A DNA stretch of 64,000 bases, from NCBI GenBank assembly GCA_021203905.1, contig JAJQAG010000004.1, positions 65,090 to 129,089 on the forward strand, written 5' to 3'. Positions 20,600 through 30,731 of this stretch are shown here, one piece after another; position 1 is the first letter of the stretch; each line of letters begins with the position of its first letter. The DNA is from Coprobacillus sp. (lineage in GTDB: Bacteria > Bacillota_I > Bacilli_A > RFN20 > CAG-826). The notes beneath the pieces are model-generated. The model made no database searches. It saw only the letters and a list, made by a program, of their open reading frames with translations, and was not told where the DNA came from. The translations under genes and the position numbers were made by a program.

Positions 20600-21841
20600 A
20601 TGTATTTCGTTAAACAAGAAACCACCTATGACTGTCTCTTTACCTGCTTAAAGATTCTTTTAGCCTCTTGTTATCGAGAGAAGAAGTATCTCTATCTAGC
20701 GAGAAAAAAGGATGAAGCTTATTCCTTTTATGATGTCAAAGAGATTGGACAAGAGTATGGTGTCGAGCTTGTTGGTTATCAAACAGAAGAGAAAGATCTC
20801 TCTTCTTTTAAAGATCAAACCATTATCCTCTCCATCAATAAAGACGGCCGGCGTCACGCGGTCATCTTACATAAAGTGGGAAAGAAGAGATGTCAAATTA
20901 TTGACCCAAGTATAGGAAGGCTACGGGTCAGGACATCCTTACTTTTAGAGTGGTGGGACAGGACCTTTTTACTGCTTGAAAATAAATCCCTTCTCGAAAA
21001 TTCATCACTTCAACATCGACATCGTTTTACCCCAAATGACTGTTCCACCCTCTCTCTTAAAGGTCGTGGCCTCGACCTTTATCTCTATAAGTTTCTCTCT
21101 TCTCTTTTTATCATCCTCGGTCTCTTTTTTGTCACCTCGACCTATTTTCTTCTCCCTATCTGTTTCTTCGCTCTCTTCGCCCTTTTTGAAGTTCTCTATC
21201 AAGTAGTGTTAATTAAGAAGATGAAGGAAGTCGATAATCTCTTTTTCCTTTCCCTGAAGCACCCCCTACACACAAAAGAAGAATTAAAGACTTATGAGGA
21301 GTATAAAAGTCAACTCATCTCTCTTCCCGTGATGAGTATGTATGCGATGCTTGTCGCCCTGTTTCTCACCTTTCTATTAGCCTATAACTCTTTATATAAT
21401 CTCATCTTTGTCGGTGTGGTTTTTCTTTTCGCCCTCGTTAAAAGACTCTTTCTTTCTCACCAAACGGAGAGAAAGAAGAGAGAGATTGATAATAAGGAAG
21501 ATGATCTTTTTAAGCAAGAGAGCATCGAAGAGTTTAAAAAGAGTCTCTCTTCCCTTCACACTGAAGTTTATTCCTATACCTATCAAGGCTCCATTTATAA
21601 CTATATCGAATTATTCTTTCTCATCCTCGCGATTATCTTATCGATGTATCTCCAACATATTCTTTCACTTTCTTATGTCTTACTTTACTTTGCCACTTCT
21701 TACTACCTAAAGGAGAACATCGATAAGATAACTTCCCTCCCCACTAGTCTTAGTGACTACACTCTCGTCAAGAGCAAATACTCCACATTGATCTATCACA
21801 ATCAACATGACACGAAAAAAGAAGAAGTTGTGAGTGGATAG
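20600..21841 (+). CDS. C39 (bacteriocin-processing, double-glycine leader) cysteine peptidase domain fused to a 4-6-TM membrane domain, with no ABC ATPase domain (orphan or truncated PCAT-like protein)
   Basis: N-terminus matches the C39 catalytic motifs: Q-x5-DC (VKQETTYDC), HAVILHKV…IIDPS and EWW, aligning with ComA/CvaB peptidase domains (QVDQMDCG; HYYVV…IADP; EEW). Hydrophobic helices follow. The gene ends 48 nt before the next gene. Confidence 0.8.
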   Translation: MYFVKQETTYDCLFTCLKILLASCYREKKYLYLARKKDEAYSFYDVKEIGQEYGVELVGYQTEEKDLSSFKDQTIILSINKDGRRHAVILHKVGKKRCQIIDPSIGRLRVRTSLLLEWWDRTFLLLENKSLLENSSLQHRHRFTPNDCSTLSLKGRGLDLYLYKFLSSLFIILGLFFVTSTYFLLPICFFALFALFEVLYQVVLIKKMKEVDNLFFLSLKHPLHTKEELKTYEEYKSQLISLPVMSMYAMLVALFLTFLLAYNSLYNLIFVGVVFLFALVKRLFLSHQTERKKREIDNKEDDLFKQESIEEFKKSLSSLHTEVYSYTYQGSIYNYIELFFLILAIILSMYLQHILSLSYVLLYFATSYYLKENIDKITSLPTSLSDYTLVKSKYSTLIYHNQHDTKKEEVVSG

Positions 21842-21937
21842 ATTTTAACGAGAACTATTCCCTAATTTCTTTCCCTCACATGTCCCTAAATGCTCTCTTA
21901 TCTTTACTTAGAGAGAGAAACTGCTATAATAAAGGCA

Positions 21938-23524
21938 ATGAAAAAACATGTTATTACCTTAGCCTTAACGATTGTGGTTTCTTTAAGTGCACTTTCTCTT
22001 TCAGGTTGTGATTCATCCTCCTCTTATGAAAGAGTGGATTGCGGGAAATACGGAACAATCTATCAAATTTTCCCCTATTCTTTTGCGGATAGTAATGGAG
22101 ATGGGATTGGAGATATCAAAGGGATTAGCGATAAGCTCGATTATATTGCGGATCTCGGTTTTACAGGAATTTGGATTAATCCTGTTCAACCCTCGCCCAC
22201 CTATCACAAATACGACACCACTGATTACTATTCTATCGATCCTGACTTTGGAACGATTGATGATTATAAAGCGATGGTGGAAAAGGCTCACAGCCTTGAT
22301 TTAACTGTATATCTTGACCTTGTTATTAATCACACCTCCACCCAACACGATTGGTTTAAGCAAAGCGCGAATGCTCATGTGAGTGGAGATACATCAAATG
22401 CCTACTATAACTACTATTATTGGAACCAAGGTGGGAGTGGAGATAATGGAACCTATTCTCGATATGGTTCCTCCGATTGGTACTATAGCCACTATAGCGG
22501 GGATACCCAGATGCCACGACTTAACCTTCAATGGGTTCTAGATGATCCTGAATGCGCTCTGGCTAAAGAACTAGAAAATATCATGGAGTTTTGGCTCGTT
22601 GAGTGTGATGTTGATGGCTTTAGACTCGATGCGGTGACCTCCTATTTTCCCTCTGGTGACACGACCGCTTTCCTCACTTGGTTAGTAGATACCGCTAGAA
22701 GTTATAAAGCTGATTGCTATATCGTTGGGGAAGGTAGCTGGGGAACAAGTAGTAGTAACTCTTCTTATCTAGAGAGCGGGATTGATTCCTTCTTCTGCTT
22801 TGATGACGCAAAGACCAGCGGTTATATTTTAAAAACTTTATCTAATGGGAATGCGAGACTCCTTGCTAGTGGTATTAATAACAATCTCTCCGTCTTTGAT
22901 AATGTGAACAATATTCCCTCTCCCTTTATTGTCAATCACGATTGTAATGGTCGTTTAGTCTCGATGGCCAATGCTCGTAAAGAGACACAAAATCTCAAGT
23001 TTGCGTACGCAACGTTACAGATGTATACCGGTTCCACCTATCATTACTATGGTGATGAAATCGGAATGGCCTGTGCTTCAACCACCAAAGACGAAGATGC
23101 CAGAGCCCCATTCTACTGGGGAGATAGCTACACTCCTGACTATGTTAGTAATAGCACATCTATCTCTCAGGATGAGGCCTATCCTTATGGAAGCGCAAAG
23201 AAACTCTTAAGTAAAAAAGACTCCTCCGTGAACTATGTGAGAAAAGTTAATCAGGTGAGAAATAGTCACCCCGCGATCTTTAGTGGCGGTATTGAAGAGA
23301 TCTATGAGAGCGCTGATCGCACTTTCTCCGCCAATGTGAAGACTTGTGATAGTGAATCTCTTCTCATCCTTCTCAATGCTTCTAAAACTGATAGTTATAC
23401 TTACACAAATGATACAAGCTATACCTCGATTATCGCGGATCTATCCACCATCAGTGGAACGAAACTTCAGAGTCAAGGAAGCGAGTTAATCGTTCCGCCT
23501 CTCTCTATTTGCATCCTTGGTTAA
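21938..23524 (+). CDS. GH13 alpha-amylase-family lipoprotein (alpha-glucosidase/amylase-like). The likely start is the ATG at 21938, since the ORF opens at 21890.
   Basis: Lipobox LSLSGC. GH13 conserved regions DLVINHTS, GFRLDAV, IVGEGSW and FIVNHD. Confidence 0.85.
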   Translation: MKKHVITLALTIVVSLSALSLSGCDSSSSYERVDCGKYGTIYQIFPYSFADSNGDGIGDIKGISDKLDYIADLGFTGIWINPVQPSPTYHKYDTTDYYSIDPDFGTIDDYKAMVEKAHSLDLTVYLDLVINHTSTQHDWFKQSANAHVSGDTSNAYYNYYYWNQGGSGDNGTYSRYGSSDWYYSHYSGDTQMPRLNLQWVLDDPECALAKELENIMEFWLVECDVDGFRLDAVTSYFPSGDTTAFLTWLVDTARSYKADCYIVGEGSWGTSSSNSSYLESGIDSFFCFDDAKTSGYILKTLSNGNARLLASGINNNLSVFDNVNNIPSPFIVNHDCNGRLVSMANARKETQNLKFAYATLQMYTGSTYHYYGDEIGMACASTTKDEDARAPFYWGDSYTPDYVSNSTSISQDEAYPYGSAKKLLSKKDSSVNYVRKVNQVRNSHPAIFSGGIEEIYESADRTFSANVKTCDSESLLILLNASKTDSYTYTNDTSYTSIIADLSTISGTKLQSQGSELIVPPLSICILG

Positions 23525-23608
23525 TATAACCTACTCTAACTTATTGAGAAACTATTGACATCTTCTCTCTACATTTACAAAGAGAGATAACAATGATACA
23601 CTAAAACT

Positions 23609-24070
23609 ATGAAAATTCTATTTTCTAGTTTTTCTTCTAACTACAAAGAATATGAAGCTCTTTTTCTTTCTCTTCTAGAAAAGACTACTTCGATGCTTGA
23701 TTATAATTTTTCCCCTATTGTCAGTGTGGATCTTGTGAAGGAAGAGGTCATTCACACTCTTAATAAACAATACCGGGGAATAGATAGACCCACTGATGTT
23801 CTCTCTTTTGCTTATCTAGAGAATGAAGAAGATAAAGCCGCGATTTTTGCCTCTAGTGAAGAGGTGGAACTAGGGGATATTATTATTTGTTTACCCATTG
23901 CTCGTAAACAAGCTATAGCCTATAAACATAGTGAAAAGAGAGAACTTTGTTTTCTCTTCGTTCATGGATTATTACACCTCTTTGGATATGATCATCAGAA
24001 TAGTAATGATGAGAGAGAGATGTTCTCCCTCCAAGATAAAATCTTAAAAGAAAGCGGGATCGACAGATGA
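23609..24070 (+). CDS. ybeY: rRNA maturation endoribonuclease YbeY
   Basis: HGLLHLFGYDH metal-binding motif. 153 aa. Followed by cdd-era-recO as in Bacillus. Confidence 0.9.
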   Translation: MKILFSSFSSNYKEYEALFLSLLEKTTSMLDYNFSPIVSVDLVKEEVIHTLNKQYRGIDRPTDVLSFAYLENEEDKAAIFASSEEVELGDIIICLPIARKQAIAYKHSEKRELCFLFVHGLLHLFGYDHQNSNDEREMFSLQDKILKESGIDR

Positions 24071-24465
24071 AAGAAGAATTAATTAATAAAGCTAAAGAAG
24101 CGATGAATCTCTCTTATTCTCCATATTCTCATTTTAAAGTTGGAGCGGCGCTTGAAACCACAGGTGGAGAGATATATGTGGGCACAAACATTGAGAATGC
24201 CTCTTATCCCCTATGTATGTGCGCGGAGCGTAACGCTCTTTATAATGCCTATTGTCATGGAGTGAAGAAAGAGGATATTACCACTTTAGTGGTAATTGGA
24301 GAGACAGATGAGCCCATCTCTCCTTGCGGGGCGTGTCGTCAAGTGATGAGTGAACTCCTTTCTAAAGATTGTGTCATCGTTTTATGTAACACTAAAGGAG
24401 AGGTAAAAGAAACCCGTATTGATGAACTCCTTCCCTCTTCCTTTAAAGGAGAAGATTTAAAGTAA
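24067..24465 (+). CDS. cdd: Cytidine deaminase
   Basis: CAERNA and PCGACRQ zinc-binding motifs. 132 aa. Confidence 0.92.
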   Translation: MKEELINKAKEAMNLSYSPYSHFKVGAALETTGGEIYVGTNIENASYPLCMCAERNALYNAYCHGVKKEDITTLVVIGETDEPISPCGACRQVMSELLSKDCVIVLCNTKGEVKETRIDELLPSSFKGEDLK

Positions 24466-24467
24466 GG

Positions 24468-25355
24468 ATGAAATCTGGGTTTGTCTTAATCTTAGGTCGA
24501 CCAAATGTGGGTAAGTCCACAATTTTAAATCACCTCCTTCACGAGAAGGTCTCTATTGTTAGTGAGAAACCCCAAACGACAAGAAACAATATCAGAGGCA
24601 TATACCGAGATGAAGAGAGTGAGATTGTCTTTATTGACACTCCCGGAGTGCAACAAGAAACCCATCAACAATTAGGAGATGTCATGAATGACATGGTCTA
24701 CTCTCACATTAAAGATGGAGATGTTATCCTCCTTATTGTTGATAGTGGGAAGAAGTATGGCTTAGGGGATGATTATATAATCGAAAAGATTAAGGATAAA
24801 CACCGCCCCATCATCATTGTCTTTAATAAAATCGATACCGTAAGGATTGATCAAATCAGTGAACTCAAAGAGAAATATAAAGAAGCCCTACCCGAAGCGA
24901 AGCAGATAGAGTGTGTAGCGACAGAAGGCTTTGGTCTTGATGAAATTATTAGGGCTCTTAAAGACGCTCTTCCTGAAGGTCCTGCTTACTACGGAGGGAA
25001 TGAGGTCACAGATAAAGACGAAGTCTTTCAGATTAAAGAAATCATTAGGGAGAAAGCTCTTCATTACTTAAAAGAAGAAGTTCCCCACGCTGTGGCAATC
25101 TATATCCGTAATATTGAGTGGGAATCCACTCCCCTAGAGATTGACGCCACAATCTACGTTGAGAAAGAGAGTCAAAAGCCCATTGTCATCGGAGAGAATG
25201 GACAGATGATCAAAAAGATTGGGAGCGCAGCGAGAAAAGACATCGAGAGACTTCTTAAGAAACATGTCCAACTCAACTTAGTGGCGAGAGTGGATAAGGA
25301 TTGGCGGTCTAATCAAAAGAGCATCAAGAAATACGGATATACGAAAGAGGGATAG
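24468..25355 (+). CDS. era: GTPase Era
   Basis: G1 motif GRPNVGKST, DTPG, NKID, and a C-terminal KH domain. Confidence 0.95.
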   Translation: MKSGFVLILGRPNVGKSTILNHLLHEKVSIVSEKPQTTRNNIRGIYRDEESEIVFIDTPGVQQETHQQLGDVMNDMVYSHIKDGDVILLIVDSGKKYGLGDDYIIEKIKDKHRPIIIVFNKIDTVRIDQISELKEKYKEALPEAKQIECVATEGFGLDEIIRALKDALPEGPAYYGGNEVTDKDEVFQIKEIIREKALHYLKEEVPHAVAIYIRNIEWESTPLEIDATIYVEKESQKPIVIGENGQMIKKIGSAARKDIERLLKKHVQLNLVARVDKDWRSNQKSIKKYGYTKEG

Positions 25356-25356
25356 G

Positions 25357-26085
25357 ATGGATCTTATAATTCTTTCTATTAACCACTACAAAGAAAAAGA
25401 TGCGGTCATTACCGCGATTAGTGAGAAGGAGTGCTTCTCTTTTTTAGCGAAGGGTGTCTTTAATGAAAGGAATATAGAGAACAACGTCTTAAACACTCCG
25501 TGTTTAGAGATTGATGCTTCCTTTTTAGATAATAAACAATATAAGCATCCCGTCTTAAAAGAATTTAGCATTATTCACTCTCCTCTAGGAGGAGAGTATT
25601 CTCTCTCCACTTTACTCACAATTTCTTTCTTAGGAGAGGTGAGCTCAAAGATTCTTCCCCCAGAAGAGATGCATCTCTTGTTTCTTCCTCTTAAGGAGTG
25701 TTTATCTCTTTTAAGTGGAGAAGTAGATTATGACCTACTCTCTCTTATCTATCTATTTATCGCTCTTTCAAAGAGTGGTTATTGCTTTGAGGTTAATCAA
25801 TGTGTGAACTGTGGAAGTAAAGAAGGAATCTATGACTTCTCATTTGACGAAGGAGGACTACTTTGTAAAGATTGTATCTCTAAAAGAGATAAAAGAGAAT
25901 TTGAGAAGGATGAAATCTTAGTTATCCGCTACATCGTGAATCACCTCTCTAACATCACTGAAACTGTCACTCACTCTTATTTTGAAAAAGAAACTCTCAC
26001 CAAGATCCTTAATCGGGCTGTGATCTTTGCGAGTGATTCCCTTGGAGTAACTATTAATAGTTTTAAGATGATGAAGAAGGCTTAA
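25357..26085 (+). CDS. recO: DNA repair protein RecO
   Basis: Conserved position after era. Zinc-finger CVNCGS…CKDC. 242 aa. Confidence 0.85.
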   Translation: MDLIILSINHYKEKDAVITAISEKECFSFLAKGVFNERNIENNVLNTPCLEIDASFLDNKQYKHPVLKEFSIIHSPLGGEYSLSTLLTISFLGEVSSKILPPEEMHLLFLPLKECLSLLSGEVDYDLLSLIYLFIALSKSGYCFEVNQCVNCGSKEGIYDFSFDEGGLLCKDCISKRDKREFEKDEILVIRYIVNHLSNITETVTHSYFEKETLTKILNRAVIFASDSLGVTINSFKMMKKA

Positions 26086-26169
26086 TAAAACCTTCTTACT
26101 TGAAGAGAACAATAAAACTATATGCAATCTGATAATTGCATAAAGGAAGAAAATAACACTCATATTAGG

Positions 26170-26198
26170 TTGACAAAAAATAGTATTAGACATAATAT
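26170..26198 (+). promoter_or_regulatory. SigA promoter of glyQS (TTGACA-17-TAATAT); no T-box leader
   Basis: Consensus -35 and a good -10, with AGGAG RBS before the ATG at 26226. The intergenic region is only 140 nt. Confidence 0.65.
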
Positions 26199-26225
26199 AT
26201 TTTCCTGTGTGTAGGAGAAATAATC

Positions 26226-27593
26226 ATGTTTGATTTTGATAAATTAACCAATCACTTCATAACCTCAGGATACTACTATCAAGGAAGTGAGATTTATGGT
26301 GGCATTTCTAACACCTGGGACTATGGTCCCCTTGGAGTGGAGATTAAGAAGAATATCCGCGATATGTGGTGGAAGAGATTTGTCCAACAAAGCCCCACTA
26401 ATGTGGGAGTGGATGCCGCTATTTTAATGAACCCTAAAGTATGGGAAGCCACTGGACATGTCTCCACCTTTAACGATCCTCTTATTGATTGTAAGTCTTG
26501 TAAAATGCGTTATCGTGCGGATGAATTAATTGATGCTATTGATAAAGATGCTCATGCGGAGCGCTTAAGTAACGAAGAACTCATGAATTACATTCATGAG
26601 CATCATGTTAAGTGCCCTAACTGTGGAAAAGAGGAGTGGACAGACATCCGTCAGTTTAACATGATGTTTAAAACTCATTTAGGAGTGGTTGAGAATGCCA
26701 CTAGTGCGGTTTATCTCCGTCCTGAGACCGCTCAAGGAATGTTTGTGAACTTTAAGAATGTTCTCCGCACCACCAGAAAGAAACTCCCTCTTGGAATCTG
26801 TAATGTTGGTAAAGCCTTTAGAAACGAGATTACCCCTGGGCAACTAACCTTTAGAACCCGAGAGTTTGATCAGATGGAAATGGAATTCTTCTGTAAGCCA
26901 GGAGATGACCTTAAATGGTTCTCTTATTGGAAAGATAAATGCTTAACATTTATCAGCGAACTAGGTATTAAGAAAGATCATCTTCGTTATCGTGACCACG
27001 ATCCCAAAGAATTAGCCTTTTATAGTGCGGCCACCACAGACATAGAATATCTCTTCCCTTGGGGATGGGGTGAAATCTGGGGAATTGCGGATCGCACTGA
27101 TTACGATTTAAAAAGACACATGGAGTATTCTGGTGAATCCTTAGAGTATCTTGATCCCGACACCAATGAAAAATATGTTCCGTATTGTATTGAACCTAGT
27201 GTCGGTCTCGACCGCTTAGTCCTTATGACTTTATGCGATAGTTATGATGAAGAAGTCTTAGAAGATGGAGAGACAAGAATCGTCATGCACCTTGATCCAT
27301 GCGTCGCTCCTTATAAAGTTGCGGTCTTACCGCTTTCGAAAAAACTCGAAGATAAAGCTAAAGAAATTAACACTATCTTATCTGGTTATATGTCATGTAT
27401 TTATGATGATACAGGAAGCATTGGAAAACGCTATCGAAGAGAAGATGCGATAGGGACACCATACTGTGTCACCATTGATTTTGATACCCTTAATGATAAC
27501 TCGGTCACCGTTAGAGATCGAGACACTATGAAGCAAATTCGTCTCCCTGTTGACCAACTCGCAGAATACCTTAGAGTGAAAGTATTCTTCTAA
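26226..27593 (+). CDS. glyQS: Glycine--tRNA ligase, single-chain (alpha2) type
   Basis: 455-aa class II aaRS with eukaryote/archaeal-like GlyRS features and an anticodon-binding C-terminus. Confidence 0.92.
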   Translation: MFDFDKLTNHFITSGYYYQGSEIYGGISNTWDYGPLGVEIKKNIRDMWWKRFVQQSPTNVGVDAAILMNPKVWEATGHVSTFNDPLIDCKSCKMRYRADELIDAIDKDAHAERLSNEELMNYIHEHHVKCPNCGKEEWTDIRQFNMMFKTHLGVVENATSAVYLRPETAQGMFVNFKNVLRTTRKKLPLGICNVGKAFRNEITPGQLTFRTREFDQMEMEFFCKPGDDLKWFSYWKDKCLTFISELGIKKDHLRYRDHDPKELAFYSAATTDIEYLFPWGWGEIWGIADRTDYDLKRHMEYSGESLEYLDPDTNEKYVPYCIEPSVGLDRLVLMTLCDSYDEEVLEDGETRIVMHLDPCVAPYKVAVLPLSKKLEDKAKEINTILSGYMSCIYDDTGSIGKRYRREDAIGTPYCVTIDFDTLNDNSVTVRDRDTMKQIRLPVDQLAEYLRVKVFF

Positions 27594-27630
27594 TTTAGTA
27601 GAAAACTAGTAGGAAAGTAGTAGGTAGTTT

Positions 27631-29430
27631 ATGCCAGGTAGAATTGATGATGCCGTCGTTAATGAGCTTCTCAAACACACAGATATTGTCTCGATTATTT
27701 CTTCATATTTACCCACGACGAAGAAAGGAAGAAACTATGTCGCTGTGTGTCCTTTCCATGACGATACTTCTCCCTCACTAACTATCTCTCCCGAGAAACA
27801 AATCTTCCGTTGTTTCGCTTGTGGAGCGAGTGGTAACGCGATTTCTTTTGTCAGTAAATACGAAAAGATTTCTTATCCCGAAGCCATTCATAAAGTCGCA
27901 GAGATGTCAGACTTTCATGATGAAAGACTTGAACAACATGTTGTCACTAAACCTGTGGATGAGAATAAAGAAGTTCTCTATAAGTGTCTTGAAGACTTAA
28001 CGAGCTATTATCAACTCGCTTTAACATCACAAGAAGGGGAAGCCGCTCTTCAATATCTTGAAGAGAGAGGCCTTGATAGTCATATCAGAGAGAAATTTAG
28101 ACTTGGTTTTGCTCCTGAAGACGGGGTCGCCACTTGTCTCTTCCTTCAACAACGTGGTCATTCTCTTAAAGTGATTGAAGATAGTGGGGTCTCTACGATG
28201 CTTGGAGGTCAACCTGTGGATAAGAATCGGGGAAGAGTTATCTTCCCACTCTGTGATCCTGATGGAAGAGTCGTCGGTTATAGTGCAAGAAACCTCAAAA
28301 ATAATGATGAGGCAAAATATGTCAATACTGCAGATACACTCTTATTTCATAAGAGTAGCATCTTATATAACTATCACAACGCTCGGGATAGTAGCAAGAT
28401 GACAGGTTATGTCTATATCGTTGAGGGCTTCATGGATGTCTTGGCCCTAGAAAAGGTGGGGATCAATTGTGCATTAGCTTTGATGGGTACCGCTCTTACA
28501 CAAAATCACATCCCACTGCTAAGAAGCCTTAATTGTGAATTGAGATTATGCCTTGATGGAGATGTTGCGGGTCAAGAAGCGAGCATCAAAGCGTCTAATC
28601 TTCTCTCTCGTGGGCAACTACGCTACAGAATCGTCGATTCTCAGGGCGAAAGGAGAGACCTTGATGAAATCCTTAAGCAAGAGGGAAACGACGCTCTCCT
28701 CGCCCACGTCTCTAATTTACTTGATCGTTTAGACTTTGCTCTTAACTACTACACTAAGACTAATCCCTTACAGACAAATGACGAGAGAAAGAAACTTATT
28801 GAATCTTTCCTTCCTGTTCTTGTGGATCTCGATATGCTTGATCAGTCTAAGTATATCTCGGAACTCTCTAAGGCCACGGCCTATCCGATGAAGACCATTG
28901 AAGACTTAGTCAAGAATTATAAGAAGGAGCAGAAGCAAGTAACTCCTAAGGAGTTAATGGAGAAGTACGCTCCGGATAAAGTATTATCAAGAAGACTCCT
29001 TGCCACAGAAAATGAGATTCTCTATCTTATGATGCACTACGAAGAAGCAAGAGAATACTACCTAGATAAAGTCAATCCCTTTACTGATGAGACATTAAGG
29101 GAGATAGCGGAGTATCTCTTAGATATGAGAAGTAAAGGGATCGAGATTGATGAGGCTTCTCTCGCGGACTTTATTGAGAGAAGTGATATTGATGAAAAAA
29201 GAAAAGACTCTCTCATCGCCCAAGCGCTTGATGTCATGAACTCCACTCGTTATTCTCCCAAGTATAGTCAAGAGAGAATCCAAGACTTACAAACGACGAG
29301 AGAAAACGAGATGACTAAAGGTCGATTCAATGACTACGTCCACGAAGCGACGAGAGGAAAGAGTGAAAGTGAGAAATCACGTATCTATACAAATGTCCAA
29401 AACGGAAAACATCGAGAAGGAGGTAAATAA
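27631..29430 (+). CDS. dnaG: DNA primase DnaG
   Basis: Zinc-binding [10 protein letters not shown]…CFACG, TOPRIM domain ([10 protein letters not shown]). Located upstream of rpoD. Confidence 0.95.
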   Translation: MPGRIDDAVVNELLKHTDIVSIISSYLPTTKKGRNYVAVCPFHDDTSPSLTISPEKQIFRCFACGASGNAISFVSKYEKISYPEAIHKVAEMSDFHDERLEQHVVTKPVDENKEVLYKCLEDLTSYYQLALTSQEGEAALQYLEERGLDSHIREKFRLGFAPEDGVATCLFLQQRGHSLKVIEDSGVSTMLGGQPVDKNRGRVIFPLCDPDGRVVGYSARNLKNNDEAKYVNTADTLLFHKSSILYNYHNARDSSKMTGYVYIVEGFMDVLALEKVGINCALALMGTALTQNHIPLLRSLNCELRLCLDGDVAGQEASIKASNLLSRGQLRYRIVDSQGERRDLDEILKQEGNDALLAHVSNLLDRLDFALNYYTKTNPLQTNDERKKLIESFLPVLVDLDMLDQSKYISELSKATAYPMKTIEDLVKNYKKEQKQVTPKELMEKYAPDKVLSRRLLATENEILYLMMHYEEAREYYLDKVNPFTDETLREIAEYLLDMRSKGIEIDEASLADFIERSDIDEKRKDSLIAQALDVMNSTRYSPKYSQERIQDLQTTRENEMTKGRFNDYVHEATRGKSESEKSRIYTNVQNGKHREGGK

Positions 29431-29432
29431 CG

Positions 29433-30731
29433 ATGCCAGAAGAAGAAGTGAAAAAAAGAGGGAGACCCCCAAAAACTGAAGGGGAACCAGGAACTCCCAC
29501 TTTAGCGAAAAAGAAGAAAGCGACGAAAATCATCACAGTCTACGATGAAGACGGGAACCTTTTAAGTTTGGAACAAATTGAAGAGAAGATTGTCCAAAAA
29601 GCGAAGAAGAATGACAATAAGATTTTACAAAGTGAAATCTATGATATCTTAAATCACTACGAACTCGAAGATGACATGATTGAGCAGATGATGGATTACT
29701 TCCGAGATAGTGATATTGAGATTATCGAGACTGATGAAGAAGATGAAGAAGATGATTCTCTCGATAACCTTGAAGAGGAAGACATCAATCTTGAAGAGAA
29801 TCCTGACTTTGATGAAGATGTCGATGATGAATTCATCGCCGATGAAGAAGTCCCAATCGATGATAATGATGTCACCTTTAGTGATGTCAAGATTAACGAC
29901 TCTGTGAAACTCTACCTTAAAGATATTGGTAAGTATCAACTCCTTAAACCAGAAGAAGAACCAGAACTCGCTAAAAGGATCTTAGAGGGAGATGAAGAAG
30001 CGAGAGCCAAGCTCATCAACGCTAACTGTCGTCTCGTGGTAAATATTGCTAAACACTATGTCGGAAGAGGCATGCTTTTTGTGGACCTCATCCAAGAGGG
30101 AAACATCGGTCTTATGAAAGCGGTGCAGAAGTTTGATTACACGAAAGGATATAAGTTTTCAACCTACGCTACATGGTGGATTAGACAAGCGATTACCCGA
30201 GCCATAGCCGATCAAGCACGAACCATTCGTATTCCTGTCCATATGGTGGAAACCATTAATAAGATTACTCGAAGTCAGAGAAGACTTATCCAAGAACTTG
30301 GAAGAGAACCCACAGCGGAAGAGATCTCTGATGATATGAAAGGAGAATTATCCGCTCAAGAGATTAGACACATTCAAAGAATTGCGATTGAACCTGTCTC
30401 TCTTGAATCTCCTATTGGAGAGGAAGATGATTCTCACTTAGGAGACTTTATCGAAGATAAAGAGAGTGAGTCTCCTGTGGACTACGCGACCAAGCAACTC
30501 TTAAAAGAAGAGTTATATAAAGTCTTAGACGAACTCAACGAAAGAGAAGAGAGAGTCATTAGACTCAGATATGGTCTTGATGATAACCGCCCAAGAACTC
30601 TTGAAGAAGTTGGGAAAGAGTTCGGAGTCACTCGTGAGCGTATTCGTCAAATCGAAGCCAAAGCTATTAAGAAGCTCAAACATCCGACGAGAAGTCGTCG
30701 TTTAGGAGATTATAGAGATATCAAGTCATGA
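29433..30731 (+). CDS. rpoD: RNA polymerase primary sigma factor (SigA/RpoD)
   Basis: Acidic N-terminal region, region 2 (…[36 protein letters not shown]), and region 4 HTH ([20 protein letters not shown]). Confidence 0.97.
   Translation: MPEEEVKKRGRPPKTEGEPGTPTLAKKKKATKIITVYDEDGNLLSLEQIEEKIVQKAKKNDNKILQSEIYDILNHYELEDDMIEQMMDYFRDSDIEIIETDEEDEEDDSLDNLEEEDINLEENPDFDEDVDDEFIADEEVPIDDNDVTFSDVKINDSVKLYLKDIGKYQLLKPEEEPELAKRILEGDEEARAKLINANCRLVVNIAKHYVGRGMLFVDLIQEGNIGLMKAVQKFDYTKGYKFSTYATWWIRQAITRAIADQARTIRIPVHMVETINKITRSQRRLIQELGREPTAEEISDDMKGELSAQEIRHIQRIAIEPVSLESPIGEEDDSHLGDFIEDKESESPVDYATKQLLKEELYKVLDELNEREERVIRLRYGLDDNRPRTLEEVGKEFGVTRERIRQIEAKAIKKLKHPTRSRRLGDYRDIKS

Noticed and set aside
26086-26130. 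Hairpin AAGAAGG-cttaataaaa-CCTTCTT overlapping the recO stop as a terminator
   Set aside because: The loop is long (10 nt) and no U-tract follows. At best this is a weak pause, so it was not listed as a feature.
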